A stretch of 64,000 bases of DNA, from the NCBI GenBank assembly GCA_034111085.1, contig JAWUXZ010000034.1, positions 108,169-172,168 on the forward strand, given 5' to 3'. The position numbers were made by a program, and so were the translations under genes. This stretch comes from Dinoroseobacter sp. (lineage in GTDB: Bacteria; Pseudomonadota; Alphaproteobacteria; Rhodobacterales; Rhodobacteraceae). Positions within the stretch are counted from its first letter, which is position 1. Each line of letters opens with the position of its first letter. The notes under the pieces were generated by a model. The model did not search any database, was not told where the DNA came from, and saw only the letters and a program-made list of their open reading frames with translations. Below, one piece after another: positions 17,762 to 28,500 of this stretch.

Positions 17762-18790
17762 ATGTCAGATCAACACCAAGAGCGCCCAACCCGTTTGGGG
17801 GCGTTTGATAAAGCCAGTTCACCGCGTATGACGGCCGTGGAAATTATCGCGGGCGCACTCAGCCTGATGTGGCTGATTGGCGTGGCGCTGGCGTTCTTGG
17901 GATTGGGCGTTGCCAACCCCGGACCAGACGCGCAACCGATCGATTTCGTGATGCTGATGCTGGCGGTGTTCATGCCGATCGCGCTGATCTGGGTCGCCGC
18001 AGCCGTGGCCAAGACCGCGCGCGTCATGCGCGAGGAGGCAATGCGCCTGCAGGCTGCGATCTCTGCGATGCGGCTCGCTTATCTACAACAAAGCCAACCG
18101 GGCCCTTCTGGCGCCAAGCCGGGCATCGAGAAGAAGCTGGACGAACTCGCCCAAGCGCAACGCCAGACCGAAGCGGCTGTGGTGCAGTTCACGTCGCGCC
18201 GCGATGGACATGCGTCCGAGAAAAAGCCCGCCTTGGCCAAGGATGCGAGCAGTGTTGTTGCCGTGCACGATGGCCAACCTGCGCTGGCCCTTGGCACGCC
18301 AAACGAAGTGCCTAGCGAGCCGATTTCTGTGGCTGATTTCATCTCGGCGGCCAATTTTCCTGAGACGGCCGAAGACAAAGACGGCTTTCGCGCTTTACGT
18401 TTGGCGCTTGAGGATCGCGAAGCCTCTAAGCTGATCCGCTCGGCGCAGGACGTGCTGACGCTGCTCAGCCAAGACGGCATTTATATGGATGACTTGCGCC
18501 CGGACCGTACCAAGCCAGACCTGTGGCGGCGGTTTGCAGCAGGCGAACGCGCTGGGCCTATTGCAGCTTTGGGCGGCATCCGCGATCGGTCCTGCCTTGC
18601 GCTGACCTCGGCTCGGATGCGCTCGGACCCAGTCTTTCGTGACACTGCGCATCATTATTTGCGCCAGTTTGATCGCACGCTGATCGGGTTTGAACAAACC
18701 GCCAGTGATTCCGAGCTTGCCCAGTTCGCAGACACTAGGTCTGCCCGCGCATTCATGCTTCTGGGGCGCGTGACGGGGATGTTCGACTAG
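17762..18790 (+). CDS. Hypothetical membrane protein (2 N-terminal TM helices, coiled coil, helical C-terminal domain)
   Basis: Long ORF with genome-like codon usage right after greA; two hydrophobic segments. Confidence 0.8.
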   Translation: MSDQHQERPTRLGAFDKASSPRMTAVEIIAGALSLMWLIGVALAFLGLGVANPGPDAQPIDFVMLMLAVFMPIALIWVAAAVAKTARVMREEAMRLQAAISAMRLAYLQQSQPGPSGAKPGIEKKLDELAQAQRQTEAAVVQFTSRRDGHASEKKPALAKDASSVVAVHDGQPALALGTPNEVPSEPISVADFISAANFPETAEDKDGFRALRLALEDREASKLIRSAQDVLTLLSQDGIYMDDLRPDRTKPDLWRRFAAGERAGPIAALGGIRDRSCLALTSARMRSDPVFRDTAHHYLRQFDRTLIGFEQTASDSELAQFADTRSARAFMLLGRVTGMFD

Positions 18791-18819
18791 GACACCTCCA
18801 AGCATCTTGGTGGTGTTTT

Positions 18820-20922
18820 CTAAATTCCGAAGCTGCTGAACGGCAAGAAACGCACCGAATCGCCGGGCGCTATTTCGCGTGCGGGCTCGCTTACTTCCAC
18901 AAGCCCTGTTGCCCAAGACAGTCCCGAAACACGGCCCGATCCTTCGGACGCAAAGACTTCTGCCGCGCCCTGTGCATTCAGCCGCGCGCGGTAATACTCG
19001 CGCCGTCCTTCGCGTTTGGATTTGGTGAACGCCGCAGGTACGGAGAAGCCTTGCGCCGCGCGCCAGCCAGCCCCCGACAGCACGCAGGCGGACGGATAGC
19101 CAAACAATAGCGCGCAGACGAACGCCGCCACCGGATTGCCCGGCAACCCAAACATCGGCACGCCGTCCCAGACCCCCAACGCCAACGGGCGGCCCGGTTT
19201 GAGCGCGATCCGCCAGAGTGCAAGCGATCCGCTGTCGCTCAGCAAAGCGGATACATGATCTTCTTCACCTGCCGAGGCCCCACCCGAGGTCAGGATCATG
19301 TCGCAGCGCGTCGCGGCTTGGTTCAGCGCCTCAGTCAAGGCCGCGCGATCATCAGGCGCGTGCCCAAGGTCGACCGCCTCGCAGCCCCAAGCGCGCGCCA
19401 GCCCCAACAACATCGGGCGGTTTGCGTCATAAACCTGATGGGCGGCGGCGTCTGATCCGGGAGCCGCCAATTCGTCGCCAGTAGACAACACGCCAAGGCG
19501 CAGCGGGACGTATGTAGAGACGTCACCGATGCCCACCGATGCCGCGAGCGCCAAATCTTGCGGCCGCAAACGCTGGCCCGCATGCAGCACCACATCGCCC
19601 GCCAAGCTATCCTCGCCCGCTTTGCGCGTGTTGGCACCGCGATTCACCGGGCCGCGAAAGGCAACATGCGTTTTGTTGATCGCGCAGTCTTCCTCAAGCA
19701 CCAGTGTGTCCACGCCCTCGGGGATAATCGCGCCGGTCAGGACGCGGAGCGCTTGGCCGAACGGCAAAATACCCTTGAACGGAGCGCCCGCCGCTGCCCG
19801 TCCCGAATGCAGTGGCAGAAGTTGGTCGCCGTCGCCGTCGCCCGTTGCGGCATGGGCAAACCCGTAGCCGTCAATCGCTGCATTCGCGGCAGGTGGGTGG
19901 CTGCGTTTGGCGATGACGTCTGCGGCCAAAACCCGCCCGAGCGCTTGTGACAAAGGCAGAGTTTCGCGCGCTACCACTGGGCGCAGGCGCGCTTCCAGCA
20001 AGGCCAGCGCTTCTTCCATCGGGGTCCAGTGATGTCCTGGCGGTAAGGCGAAGCAGTCGTTGGCCAGCGGCGGGGGGCGCAGGGCAGTCTCAGTCATCAA
20101 CAAGGCCTCCTGCCCGAGGCCGAAAATCCAGCCCTCCTGCGCCCGTGCCATGTCGGGCATGTCGCCGTGTAACAAACCGCAAAGCGCGTCTTGCGACAAG
20201 CGGGCGATCTGCGTTGCAACCGTTTCCACCTGCCACGCGTCCTTGATTTTGCCCACGGGAGGAATGCCCTTTACGGTCAGCGACGGCCAGACCTCGATCA
20301 CGCAGATGTGGGCGTTGTTCTGTTCAAACGGCCAGATCGACAGGTCGGCGCCAAACCGTGTTCGCAAACGCGCCAGCACCGGCAACCCCATGAGCGCCTG
20401 ACTGCCCACAGCTCCCGCGCCTGCCAATTGCCACAGCGGGAAGGCACCTTTGGCGACTGTTTCCGCCGCGCGCCGTTCAGGCACATCAGCGGTGCGCGCA
20501 AGGCCTTTGCGCGGCAAACCGTCGATATTGCGCGCCAGACCATTGCCCCAGAACGGACCGATGCCATCGAATAGCGCGTTCATGTCTGCAGCCACATCAA
20601 AGCGGTTGTTCGCCTTCGGTGCATCCTCGATCCGCACAGCCAGCCAGTCCCACAGCGCGAAAGGATCAGCGCGCCCAGTCACATGCGCGGCGATCCCGGC
20701 AGGAAACCCAAAGGGGAAGTCGAAACCGATCAGAATGCGGTGGCCTGCACGGCGCTCGGCCTCCAGCACCTCAGAAAGCCAAACCTCGAACACCTGCCGA
20801 TTGCGGAAATACTGCGCTTCCTCGCCGTCAAACGCCGCCCAGATCGCATCCTTTTTCGGCTTGGCCCCGCGATCATTTCCACCCGACCAATCGACGATCA
20901 GAACGCGGTCATATCCGCTCAC
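18820..20922 (-). CDS. moeA: Fusion: DUF429/RNase-H-like N-terminal domain + molybdopterin molybdotransferase MoeA
   Basis: N-term IVDWSGG..DAIW..GFDFPFGFP..EVWP; C-term AAIDGY, STGDEL, TSGGASAG..D, KPGRPL, LPGNPV; no stop between the two parts. Confidence 0.88.
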   Translation of the reverse strand: MSGYDRVLIVDWSGGNDRGAKPKKDAIWAAFDGEEAQYFRNRQVFEVWLSEVLEAERRAGHRILIGFDFPFGFPAGIAAHVTGRADPFALWDWLAVRIEDAPKANNRFDVAADMNALFDGIGPFWGNGLARNIDGLPRKGLARTADVPERRAAETVAKGAFPLWQLAGAGAVGSQALMGLPVLARLRTRFGADLSIWPFEQNNAHICVIEVWPSLTVKGIPPVGKIKDAWQVETVATQIARLSQDALCGLLHGDMPDMARAQEGWIFGLGQEALLMTETALRPPPLANDCFALPPGHHWTPMEEALALLEARLRPVVARETLPLSQALGRVLAADVIAKRSHPPAANAAIDGYGFAHAATGDGDGDQLLPLHSGRAAAGAPFKGILPFGQALRVLTGAIIPEGVDTLVLEEDCAINKTHVAFRGPVNRGANTRKAGEDSLAGDVVLHAGQRLRPQDLALAASVGIGDVSTYVPLRLGVLSTGDELAAPGSDAAAHQVYDANRPMLLGLARAWGCEAVDLGHAPDDRAALTEALNQAATRCDMILTSGGASAGEEDHVSALLSDSGSLALWRIALKPGRPLALGVWDGVPMFGLPGNPVAAFVCALLFGYPSACVLSGAGWRAAQGFSVPAAFTKSKREGRREYYRARLNAQGAAEVFASEGSGRVSGLSWATGLVEVSEPAREIAPGDSVRFLPFSSFGI

Positions 20923-21410
20923 AATCCGACCTCAGCCAGTACGAAATCCGCCAGCGCGCCGGTATCATTCAAGTCGATCACACGGCAATCTGCCTCCACC
21001 ACGCCATCTGAGGCGACGGCTCGGATCGTGGCATCGCTCGGTGCGATCAGGGGATGTCCGGTCTCGGGGCGCCAGACCTCGATCTTCGGATGCGGCGCGG
21101 ATTTCCAACCCTCAATCAAGACGAGATCAACGGGCGACAACTTGGCCAGCAAGACCTCCAACGACGGCTCGCCGGCCCCGCGCAACTCGGCCATCAGGGC
21201 CCAACGATCTCGCCCCGCAACCAAGACTTCAGACGCACCAGCCGCCCGGTGGCGGAAACTGTCGCGCCCAGCGTGGTCCACATCGAAGTTGTGATGGGCG
21301 TGCTTAACGGTGGAAACGGTAAAGCCGCGCGCGATTATCTCGGTCACCAGACGTTCCATAAGCCCGGTCTTTCCGGCGTTCTTCCAGCCAGTGATACCGT
21401 AGCGTCTCAT
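20919..21410 (-). CDS. mobB: Molybdopterin-guanine dinucleotide biosynthesis protein B
   Basis: GWKNAGKT, KHAHH.FD.D, LVLIEGWK. Confidence 0.95.
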   Translation of the reverse strand: MRRYGITGWKNAGKTGLMERLVTEIIARGFTVSTVKHAHHNFDVDHAGRDSFRHRAAGASEVLVAGRDRWALMAELRGAGEPSLEVLLAKLSPVDLVLIEGWKSAPHPKIEVWRPETGHPLIAPSDATIRAVASDGVVEADCRVIDLNDTGALADFVLAEVGL

Positions 21411-22012
21411 AGCAGCGCCTCCGCCGCGCTGAGGTCGTCCGGTGTGTTGACGTTGAAGAACGGATCATACGCCCCGACCGGGAATTCGGCGAGGCCCGCA
21501 TCATGGCTGTCGGTCCAGAGCACGACTTTGCGCAAGCCGTCTTCGAGGGCACGGCGTAGGTCATCGCGCAACGCAACGGGCCAAAGCCCAAAGGTTGGGT
21601 GGCGGTAGAGCTTTCCGCTTTCCGGGTCGCGTGTTGCGGCCAGCGCAAAACCCTGCGCGCCGCCAGCTAGCGCCAATTGCGCGCCCAGATCGTGCGGGAA
21701 GAACGGTGTATCCGCCGCAGCCGTCAGGATGTGCGAGGCTCCGTGATCCGCCGCCCAATCCATACCCGCCAACACGCCTGCGAGGGGGCCGGGGAAGCCA
21801 GCGAGGCTGTCCGGGGCGACCGGCAAGCCGTAATCCGAGAACCGCGCTGCAACGCCATTCGCGTTCAGCACTATCGCGGCGACTTGCGGCGACAGTCGCG
21901 CCAGCACCCGCGCCAATAACGCTTGTCCGCCCAGCATCAGCGCGCCCTTGTCGCCCCCGCCCATCCGGGTTGCGCGCCCGCCTGCTAGGATCACACCGAC
22001 CGGAGCGCTCAT
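21407..22012 (-). CDS. mobA: Molybdenum cofactor guanylyltransferase
   Basis: ILAGGRATRMGGGDK, GPLAGVLAG, FFNVNTPDDL; ATG 22012 overlaps the fdhD stop. Confidence 0.95.
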   Translation of the reverse strand: MSAPVGVILAGGRATRMGGGDKGALMLGGQALLARVLARLSPQVAAIVLNANGVAARFSDYGLPVAPDSLAGFPGPLAGVLAGMDWAADHGASHILTAAADTPFFPHDLGAQLALAGGAQGFALAATRDPESGKLYRHPTFGLWPVALRDDLRRALEDGLRKVVLWTDSHDAGLAEFPVGAYDPFFNVNTPDDLSAAEALL

Positions 22013-22908
22013 TCCACATCCGCCGATTTGCGGCGCGATTTGCGCGGCTCGTCCGGCACGCTGTCGGGGTCCACATCCCAGAGCACACGATCCGCGCCCG
22101 CCAGACACACGAACCGCTTCCCACGCATCCGCCCAATCAACGTCAGACCAATATCACGGGCAATCTCGACGCCCCATGCGGTAAAGCCAGACCGAGATGC
22201 CAACGCAGGAATGCCCATCAGCGCAGTCTTAATTACCATCTCAGACGTCAGCCGCCCGGTGGTATAAAGCGTCTTATCGGCAGCGCTGACCCCTTCAGAT
22301 CGCATCCACCCCGCGATCTTATCGACCGCATTATGACGCCCGACATCCTCCATATAGACCAGCGGTCGCGCGCCTTGGCACAGCACTGTTCCGTGGATTG
22401 CGCCCGCTTCCAGATACAGGCTCGGCGTCGTGTTGATCCGGTGCGCCAGCGCATAAAGGTCAGACGCGCGCAGGGTCATTTGCGGCAGCGAGACCTCAGA
22501 CAGCCCCTCCATCATATCGCCAAACACCGTGCCCACCGCGCAACCGCTTGTCCGCGTCGCCTTGGCCAGCCGCGCCTCATGGTTCGTCTCGACCGCCGTG
22601 CGCACGACAACAACGCCAAGCTCTTCGTCGTAATCAATGCCCGTAACCTCGTCATCTGCGGCAATCATGCGTTGGTTGGTCAGGAACCCGAGTGCGAGGT
22701 ATTCTGGGTGGTCGCCAATGGTCATGGCGGTGACGATCTCGCGAGAATTAAGGTAGATCGTCAGTGGGCGCTCCTCGATCACCGACAAAGAGACTTCAGC
22801 GCCAGTATGATCCAAACCCGTGACGGATCGCGTCAGACCGCGTGCGCTCAGATCTGGCGCGATCACATAACTTTCGGTACCGGAATGCACGTCCGCACGA
22901 TTTGTCAT
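22009..22908 (-). CDS. fdhD: Formate dehydrogenase accessory sulfurtransferase FdhD
   Basis: TSGCAVG, GAIHG, EDVGRHNAVDK, TGRLTSEMV. Confidence 0.93.
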   Translation of the reverse strand: MTNRADVHSGTESYVIAPDLSARGLTRSVTGLDHTGAEVSLSVIEERPLTIYLNSREIVTAMTIGDHPEYLALGFLTNQRMIAADDEVTGIDYDEELGVVVVRTAVETNHEARLAKATRTSGCAVGTVFGDMMEGLSEVSLPQMTLRASDLYALAHRINTTPSLYLEAGAIHGTVLCQGARPLVYMEDVGRHNAVDKIAGWMRSEGVSAADKTLYTTGRLTSEMVIKTALMGIPALASRSGFTAWGVEIARDIGLTLIGRMRGKRFVCLAGADRVLWDVDPDSVPDEPRKSRRKSADVE

Positions 22909-22963
22909 TTGAACCTTCCCAAGCGGCAGGATAGCCATTTGCAGATCAAGTTAAGGCCCGTTC

Positions 22964-23671
22964 ATGCCCGCCACCATCCCCAAATCCGCCTTCTGGCTTG
23001 GTTTCCGCGACAGCGCGCCATTTGTCGTGGTTGTCGCGCCCTTCGCGCTTGTCTTCGGCGTGATCGCCACGGAAGCCGGGTTGAACTTGGCCGAGGTGAT
23101 GGGCTTCACCTTCCTCGTCATTGCCGGGGCCGCGCAACTGACAGCACTTCAGTTGATGACGGAAAACGCGCCTACGGTCGTGGTGCTGGTCTCAGCATTG
23201 GCGGTGAATTTGCGCATGGCGATGTATTCGGCGTCGCTCGCACCACATTTGGGCAAAGCACCACTTTGGCAAAGGGCGTTCGTGGCCTATTTTCTGGTGG
23301 ATCAATCCTACGCTGTGTCCTCGCTAAAGTTTGACCAATCGCCAGAGATGACCTTGGCGCAGAAGGTCGCTTACTTTTTCGGCGCCGTGGCACCCGTAGC
23401 CCCGATTTGGTACGGGTTCACGCTGGTCGGCGCACTTGTGGGCCAAGCGATCCCGCCGGAATTTGCGATCGATTTCGCGGTGCCGATTGCATTTCTGGCG
23501 TTGATCGCACCTGCGCTGCGTACCCCCGCCCATGTCGTTGCTGCATTTGTTTCGGTGGTGTGCGTGCTCGTCTTCGCGTGGGTGCCCTACAACCTTGGCC
23601 TGCTGATCTCAGCCCTTCTGGGCATGATGGCCGGTGCGCAGGTAGAGTTGATGCGGGAGCGGCGCGCATGA
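22964..23671 (+). CDS. azlC: AzlC family branched-chain amino acid exporter permease
   Basis: IAGAAQL, VNLRMAMYSASL, multiple TM segments. Confidence 0.9.
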   Translation: MPATIPKSAFWLGFRDSAPFVVVVAPFALVFGVIATEAGLNLAEVMGFTFLVIAGAAQLTALQLMTENAPTVVVLVSALAVNLRMAMYSASLAPHLGKAPLWQRAFVAYFLVDQSYAVSSLKFDQSPEMTLAQKVAYFFGAVAPVAPIWYGFTLVGALVGQAIPPEFAIDFAVPIAFLALIAPALRTPAHVVAAFVSVVCVLVFAWVPYNLGLLISALLGMMAGAQVELMRERRA

Positions 23672-23997
23672 TCCCTGAAAGCACCCCGATCTGGACGATC
23701 ATCATTGCGATGGGGATCGGCACATTCCTAATTCGGTTTTCCTTCCTTGGCCTGATCGGGGATCGCGACCTTCCGCCGTGGGTGCTGCGACATCTGCGCT
23801 ATACGGCTGTCGCGGTTCTGCCTGCACTCGTGGCCCCGCTGGTGATCTGGCCTGAGGCCACGGACGGTATGCTTGATCCTGCGCGGCTTGCTGCGGCAGT
23901 TGCCACTTTGGCTGTCGGGATGATCACGAAGTCGGTGATTTGGGCGATTGCGGCTGGTGGCAGCACGCTTTTTGGACTTCTGTACCTGCTGGGATAA
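23668..23997 (+). CDS. azlD: AzlD domain protein
   Basis: ATGA overlap with azlC; GTFLIRFSF, LRYTAVAVLPALVAP. Confidence 0.9.
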   Translation: MIPESTPIWTIIIAMGIGTFLIRFSFLGLIGDRDLPPWVLRHLRYTAVAVLPALVAPLVIWPEATDGMLDPARLAAAVATLAVGMITKSVIWAIAAGGSTLFGLLYLLG

Positions 23998-24101
23998 GGC
24001 TTCCGTGAACGCTTCACTTTTTACTCGAAGCGGCGACGGAATACTCTAGCTCTTACGTTTAACCATAAATGCGGCCTAATTGCTTTGCGGAGACTACGTC
24101 C

Positions 24102-25562
24102 ATGCGCTTTCTGACACGCAGCCTGATCGGGCTTTTCTTGGTGGCCTTGACCGTGGGCCTTTTGGGTTACGCCGGCGCGACGCTTTATGGGGCTGTGCAG
24201 GCGCGCATGTCCGAAGAGCCATTCTCCAGGCCTGCCCGCGAGCGGATTATCAGCGTTAACGTCGTCACTTTCACGCCCGAGACGATCCAACCGGAATTGA
24301 CCGTCTTTGGCGAGGTTCGCAGCCGTCGCACGCTGGATATTCGTGCTGCGTCCGGCGGGCGGGTGATTGAACTTTCGCCTGAATTTGCCGAAGGCGGGCG
24401 CGTGACCGCTGGCACTGTACTGGCTCGGATCGACCCGGTGGAGGCGCAATCGTCGCTTGCGGTCGCGCGTGCGGATGCCTCTGAGGCCGCCGCAGATCTG
24501 CGCGAGGCAGACCGCGCATTGTTGCTGGCCCAAGATGAGCTGACAGCTGCCCGGACCCAAGCCGCATTGCGAGAGCGTGCGCTTGAGCGCCAGCGCGACC
24601 TTGAAGCGCGCGGCGTGGGCACCGCTGCCGCTGTTGAAGCCGCTGAGCTTGCCGCGTCTTCCGCCAATCAGGCCGTGCTGTCGCGTCGCCAATCGCTTGC
24701 CAATGCCGAAGCGCGTATTGATCAGGCGCGCACAACAATTGAACGCCGTCAGATCGCGCTGGGCAACGCCGAACGCCGCCTTGCCGATACCGAGATTATT
24801 GCCAGCTTTGACGGAACACTCGCTGAAGTGTCTGTCGTCGAGGGCCGGATCGTGTCGACCAATGATCAGATTGCGCAACTGATCGATCCCGATGCGCTTG
24901 AAGTGGCCTTCCGCGTGTCCACCGCACAATACGCACGATTGCTGGATGACGCAGGCAGTCTGCGCGATGTGCCAGTTCGCCTGACACTGGATGCCTCGGG
25001 CATTGATCTGACCGCCGAAAGCCGCATTAGCCGCGAAAGTGCTGCTGTCGGTGTGGGGCAAACGGGTCGTCAGCTTTTTGCGCAATTGGACGGCGCACCT
25101 GGATTCCGCCCCGGAGATTTCGTCAGCGTCACGATCGTAGAGCCCGCTTTGAACCGCGTGGCACGCTTGCCTGCAACAGCCGTAGACGCGGCGGGTAATG
25201 TGCTGGTGATCGGCGAGGATCAGCGGTTGCGCACCGAAACGGTAGAGATTTTGCGCCGCGAACGCGATGACGTGATTGTACGTGCACGCGGCCTTGCGGG
25301 CGAAGACATCGTATCCGAGCGCTCGCCGCTTTTGGGCAGTGGTATTCGCGTGTCACCCGTGCGCCCCGGTGTGGGGGCCGAACCTGAAGCGCCGCCCGAG
25401 ATGCTTGCTTTGGAAGATGACCGCCGTGCGCGCTTGATCGCGTTCGTCGAGGACAACCGCCGCCTACCGCCCCCGGTGAAGGCGCGCATGTTGGAACAAC
25501 TTGCAGAACCCGAGGTGCCTGCCGAAATGGTAAGTCGCCTCGAAGGCCGGATGGGGAGCTAG
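24102..25562 (+). CDS. RND efflux periplasmic adaptor subunit
   Basis: N-terminal anchor, lipoyl-like GGRV..G..V..G, long alpha-hairpin, ASFDG. Confidence 0.92.
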   Translation: MRFLTRSLIGLFLVALTVGLLGYAGATLYGAVQARMSEEPFSRPARERIISVNVVTFTPETIQPELTVFGEVRSRRTLDIRAASGGRVIELSPEFAEGGRVTAGTVLARIDPVEAQSSLAVARADASEAAADLREADRALLLAQDELTAARTQAALRERALERQRDLEARGVGTAAAVEAAELAASSANQAVLSRRQSLANAEARIDQARTTIERRQIALGNAERRLADTEIIASFDGTLAEVSVVEGRIVSTNDQIAQLIDPDALEVAFRVSTAQYARLLDDAGSLRDVPVRLTLDASGIDLTAESRISRESAAVGVGQTGRQLFAQLDGAPGFRPGDFVSVTIVEPALNRVARLPATAVDAAGNVLVIGEDQRLRTETVEILRRERDDVIVRARGLAGEDIVSERSPLLGSGIRVSPVRPGVGAEPEAPPEMLALEDDRRARLIAFVEDNRRLPPPVKARMLEQLAEPEVPAEMVSRLEGRMGS

Positions 25563-25565
25563 ATC

Positions 25566-28500
25566 ATGTTTTCGCGCGCCGGAGGTCTGATCTCATATTT
25601 CACCCGTCACAAGACAGCCGCTAACCTCGTATTGGTGCTGCTGATTGTTGCTGGCGCGTCTGCGATCCCGAACATGCGGGCGCAGTTTTTCCCCGACGTG
25701 ATTATCGACGATGTGACCGTTTCTGTGAACTGGAGCGGGGCTGGCGCCGAAGATGTCGACGCCGCTATCGTCCAGATCCTGCAGCCCGCACTTCTCGCGG
25801 TTGAAGGTGTCGCCAGTGCGTCGGCCACTTCGCGCGAAGGACGTGCCACGATTGGGTTAGAGTTTGAGCCCAACTGGGACATGGCCCGCGCCGCCGTTGA
25901 TGTGCAAACCACCGTCGACCAAGTGGGCAACCTGCCTGCTGATGCCGATACGCCCAATGTGCGGCGCGGTGCGTGGCGCGACCGTGTCACCGACGTGGTC
26001 ATCACCGGGCCTGTGGGCGTGGACCAATTGGCGCGCTTTACCGACGAGTTTGTCGCAAGGCTGTTTCTGGAAGGCGTCACGCGCGCCACGATCCGAGGCA
26101 TCGCCGATCCGCGCATCTTGATCGAGGTCACGTCTGCCGCGCTGGTCGAGCATAACGTAACGCTGTCAGAGATTTCCATCGCGGTTGGCGCGGAAGCCGA
26201 AAGTGATCCCGCAGGTGACGTCGCAGGGGCCAATGCGCGGGTGCGAACCGGGATTGCAAAGAGGTCCCCCGAAGAGTTGGCGCTTGTTGTTCTACGCTCA
26301 AATCCCGATGGCAGCACGCTGACTGTTGGCGATGTCGCGGGCATTCGCAGCGAAGGTATTGACCGCCAGCGCGCGTATTTTGTGGGCGATAACCCGGCAA
26401 TTTCCGTGCGTGTGGATCGTACCGATGGCGGTGATGCGATTACGTTGCAAGCGCAGGTCGAAGATGTCGCCGCTGAGGTCCAATCTGGTCTGCCAGAAGG
26501 TGTGACCATTGATCTAATTCGCACGCGGTCTGAGTTGATTACAGGGCGTCTGAATATCCTGCTCGACAATGCCTTAGTGGGGCTGATGCTTGTTGTTGGC
26601 CTGCTGTTCTTGTTTCTCAATGCGCGCACGGCGTTCTGGGTCGCGGCGGGTATTCCTGTGGCACTTCTCGGTGCAATGGCGTTGATGTTTGCCGCTGGGC
26701 TTACGATCAACATGATCTCGCTCTTTGCGCTGATTATCACCTTGGGGATCGTGGTCGATGACGCCATTGTCGTCGGAGAACACGCGGATTACCGCGCGAG
26801 GGTGCTCAAGGAAAAACCGATGGAGGCGGCTGAAAACGCTGCAAAGCGCATGTCGATGCCGGTGTTTTCCGCCACTTTGACGACGATTATCGCGTTTTGG
26901 GGCCTTACCATGATCGGGGGGCGCTTTGGCGACCTGATCGCCGACATTCCGTTCACTGTGATCGTTGTGCTGATCGCCTCGCTGATCGAGTGTTTCTTGA
27001 TTCTGCCCAACCACATGGCTCATGCCCTGAAAGAGCGCCAGATCGACAGCTTCAGCCGCACCCGTGTGGCGATGGCCGCCGTGCCGATCCTGTTGATTGT
27101 GGGCGGTTTGGCGAGCCTTGGCTACCACGGCCTTGTGGGTCTTGACGGGTTCAGCGACCCAACGCTGATTGTTACGATACTTAGCGGGATGGCAGCGGTC
27201 GCGGGTGTCTTCCTGATCCTGCCGCGCGCGCGCAAAGTTCAAGTACTGGCGGCGATGTCCCGGCAAGGCTTCGATCTGCCCTCGCATGTGGTTAACAAGG
27301 GCCTCGATTGGTTCCGCCGCGTGATCTTCCGCCCCTTGATGGCCGGGGTGATTGCGGCGCGCTATCCGGTTTTTGCGGGCTTGGTCGTGGTGCTGAGCAG
27401 CCAGATCACACTGTTCATCCAAGGCGACGTGACATGGCGGTTCTTCAACTCGCCGGAACAAGGCTCTGTCTCGGGCAATTTTGCCATGCTGCCGGGGGCG
27501 ACGCGCGACGACACGATGGAGGTTATGCGCGCAATCCAGGCCACCACGGAGGAACTTGGTGCGCAATATGAGGCCGAGCATGGCCGCAATCCGCTGGTCT
27601 ATGTGCTTGCCGAAGTGGGCGGCGGCACAGGTCGCGCGCTGGCGATTGCCGATACCAAGACACCAGATCAGCTTGGGTCAATTGCGATTGAATTGATCGA
27701 CGCTGATCTGCGCCCGTATTCCAGCCGTGACTTTGTTGCTGCCTTGCAAGAAGCGGCTGGCAGCCACCCGATGCTTGAGACCTTCAGCTTTCGCTCATGG
27801 GGCTCTGGCCCGGGGGGCGACGCGCTTGATGTGCAGATCACCGGGGCCGAGGCCGCAATTCTGAAAGCCGCCGCAGAGGCGCTAAAGGCGCGCATGGCGC
27901 AGTTTGGCGAGGTGTCCGCGCTGGAGGACGATCTTGCCTATGATAAGCAGGAACTTGTGCTCGACCTGACGCCGCAAGGGGCTGCCCTTGGGTTCACAAT
28001 CGATGGCATCGGTCGGGTTTTGCGGGATCGCCTCAACGGGATCGAGGCGGCCAGTTTCCCCTCCGGTGTGCGCTCGGCCACTATTCAGGTGGAGTTGCCC
28101 GAAAGCGAGCTGACCGCAGACTTCCTTGATCGCACGCAAATGCGCAGCCCAAGTGGTGTGTATGTGTCGCTCGCCGATATCGTGACGGTAACATCTCGCA
28201 CCGGCTTCTCGACAATTCGGCGCGAGAACGGGCTTCATGTGGTGTCAGTGACGGGCGATATTTCCGAAGATGACGCGCCGCGCGCCCAAGAAATCATGGA
28301 GCAAACCCGCGATGTGATCCTGCCCGAACTGGAAAGCCAGTTTGGCGTGACCACGCGCTTGTCAGGACTGGCCGAGCAGGAGAACGATTTTCTGACCGAC
28401 GCCCTTCTGGGCTTTGGCTTGTGCTTGCTAGGGATATTCTTGGTGCTGGCTTGGATATTCTCAAGCTGGACGCGGCCCGTGGTGGTGATGGCGATCATCC

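Noticed and set aside
21595-23334. 579-aa plus-strand ORF across mobA/fdhD/azlC
   Set aside because: Arg/Pro-rich shadow ORF overlapping three well-supported genes
24059-24066. TTAACCAT CtrA-type half site before the RND adaptor
   Set aside because: Only a half site; too weak without conservation data
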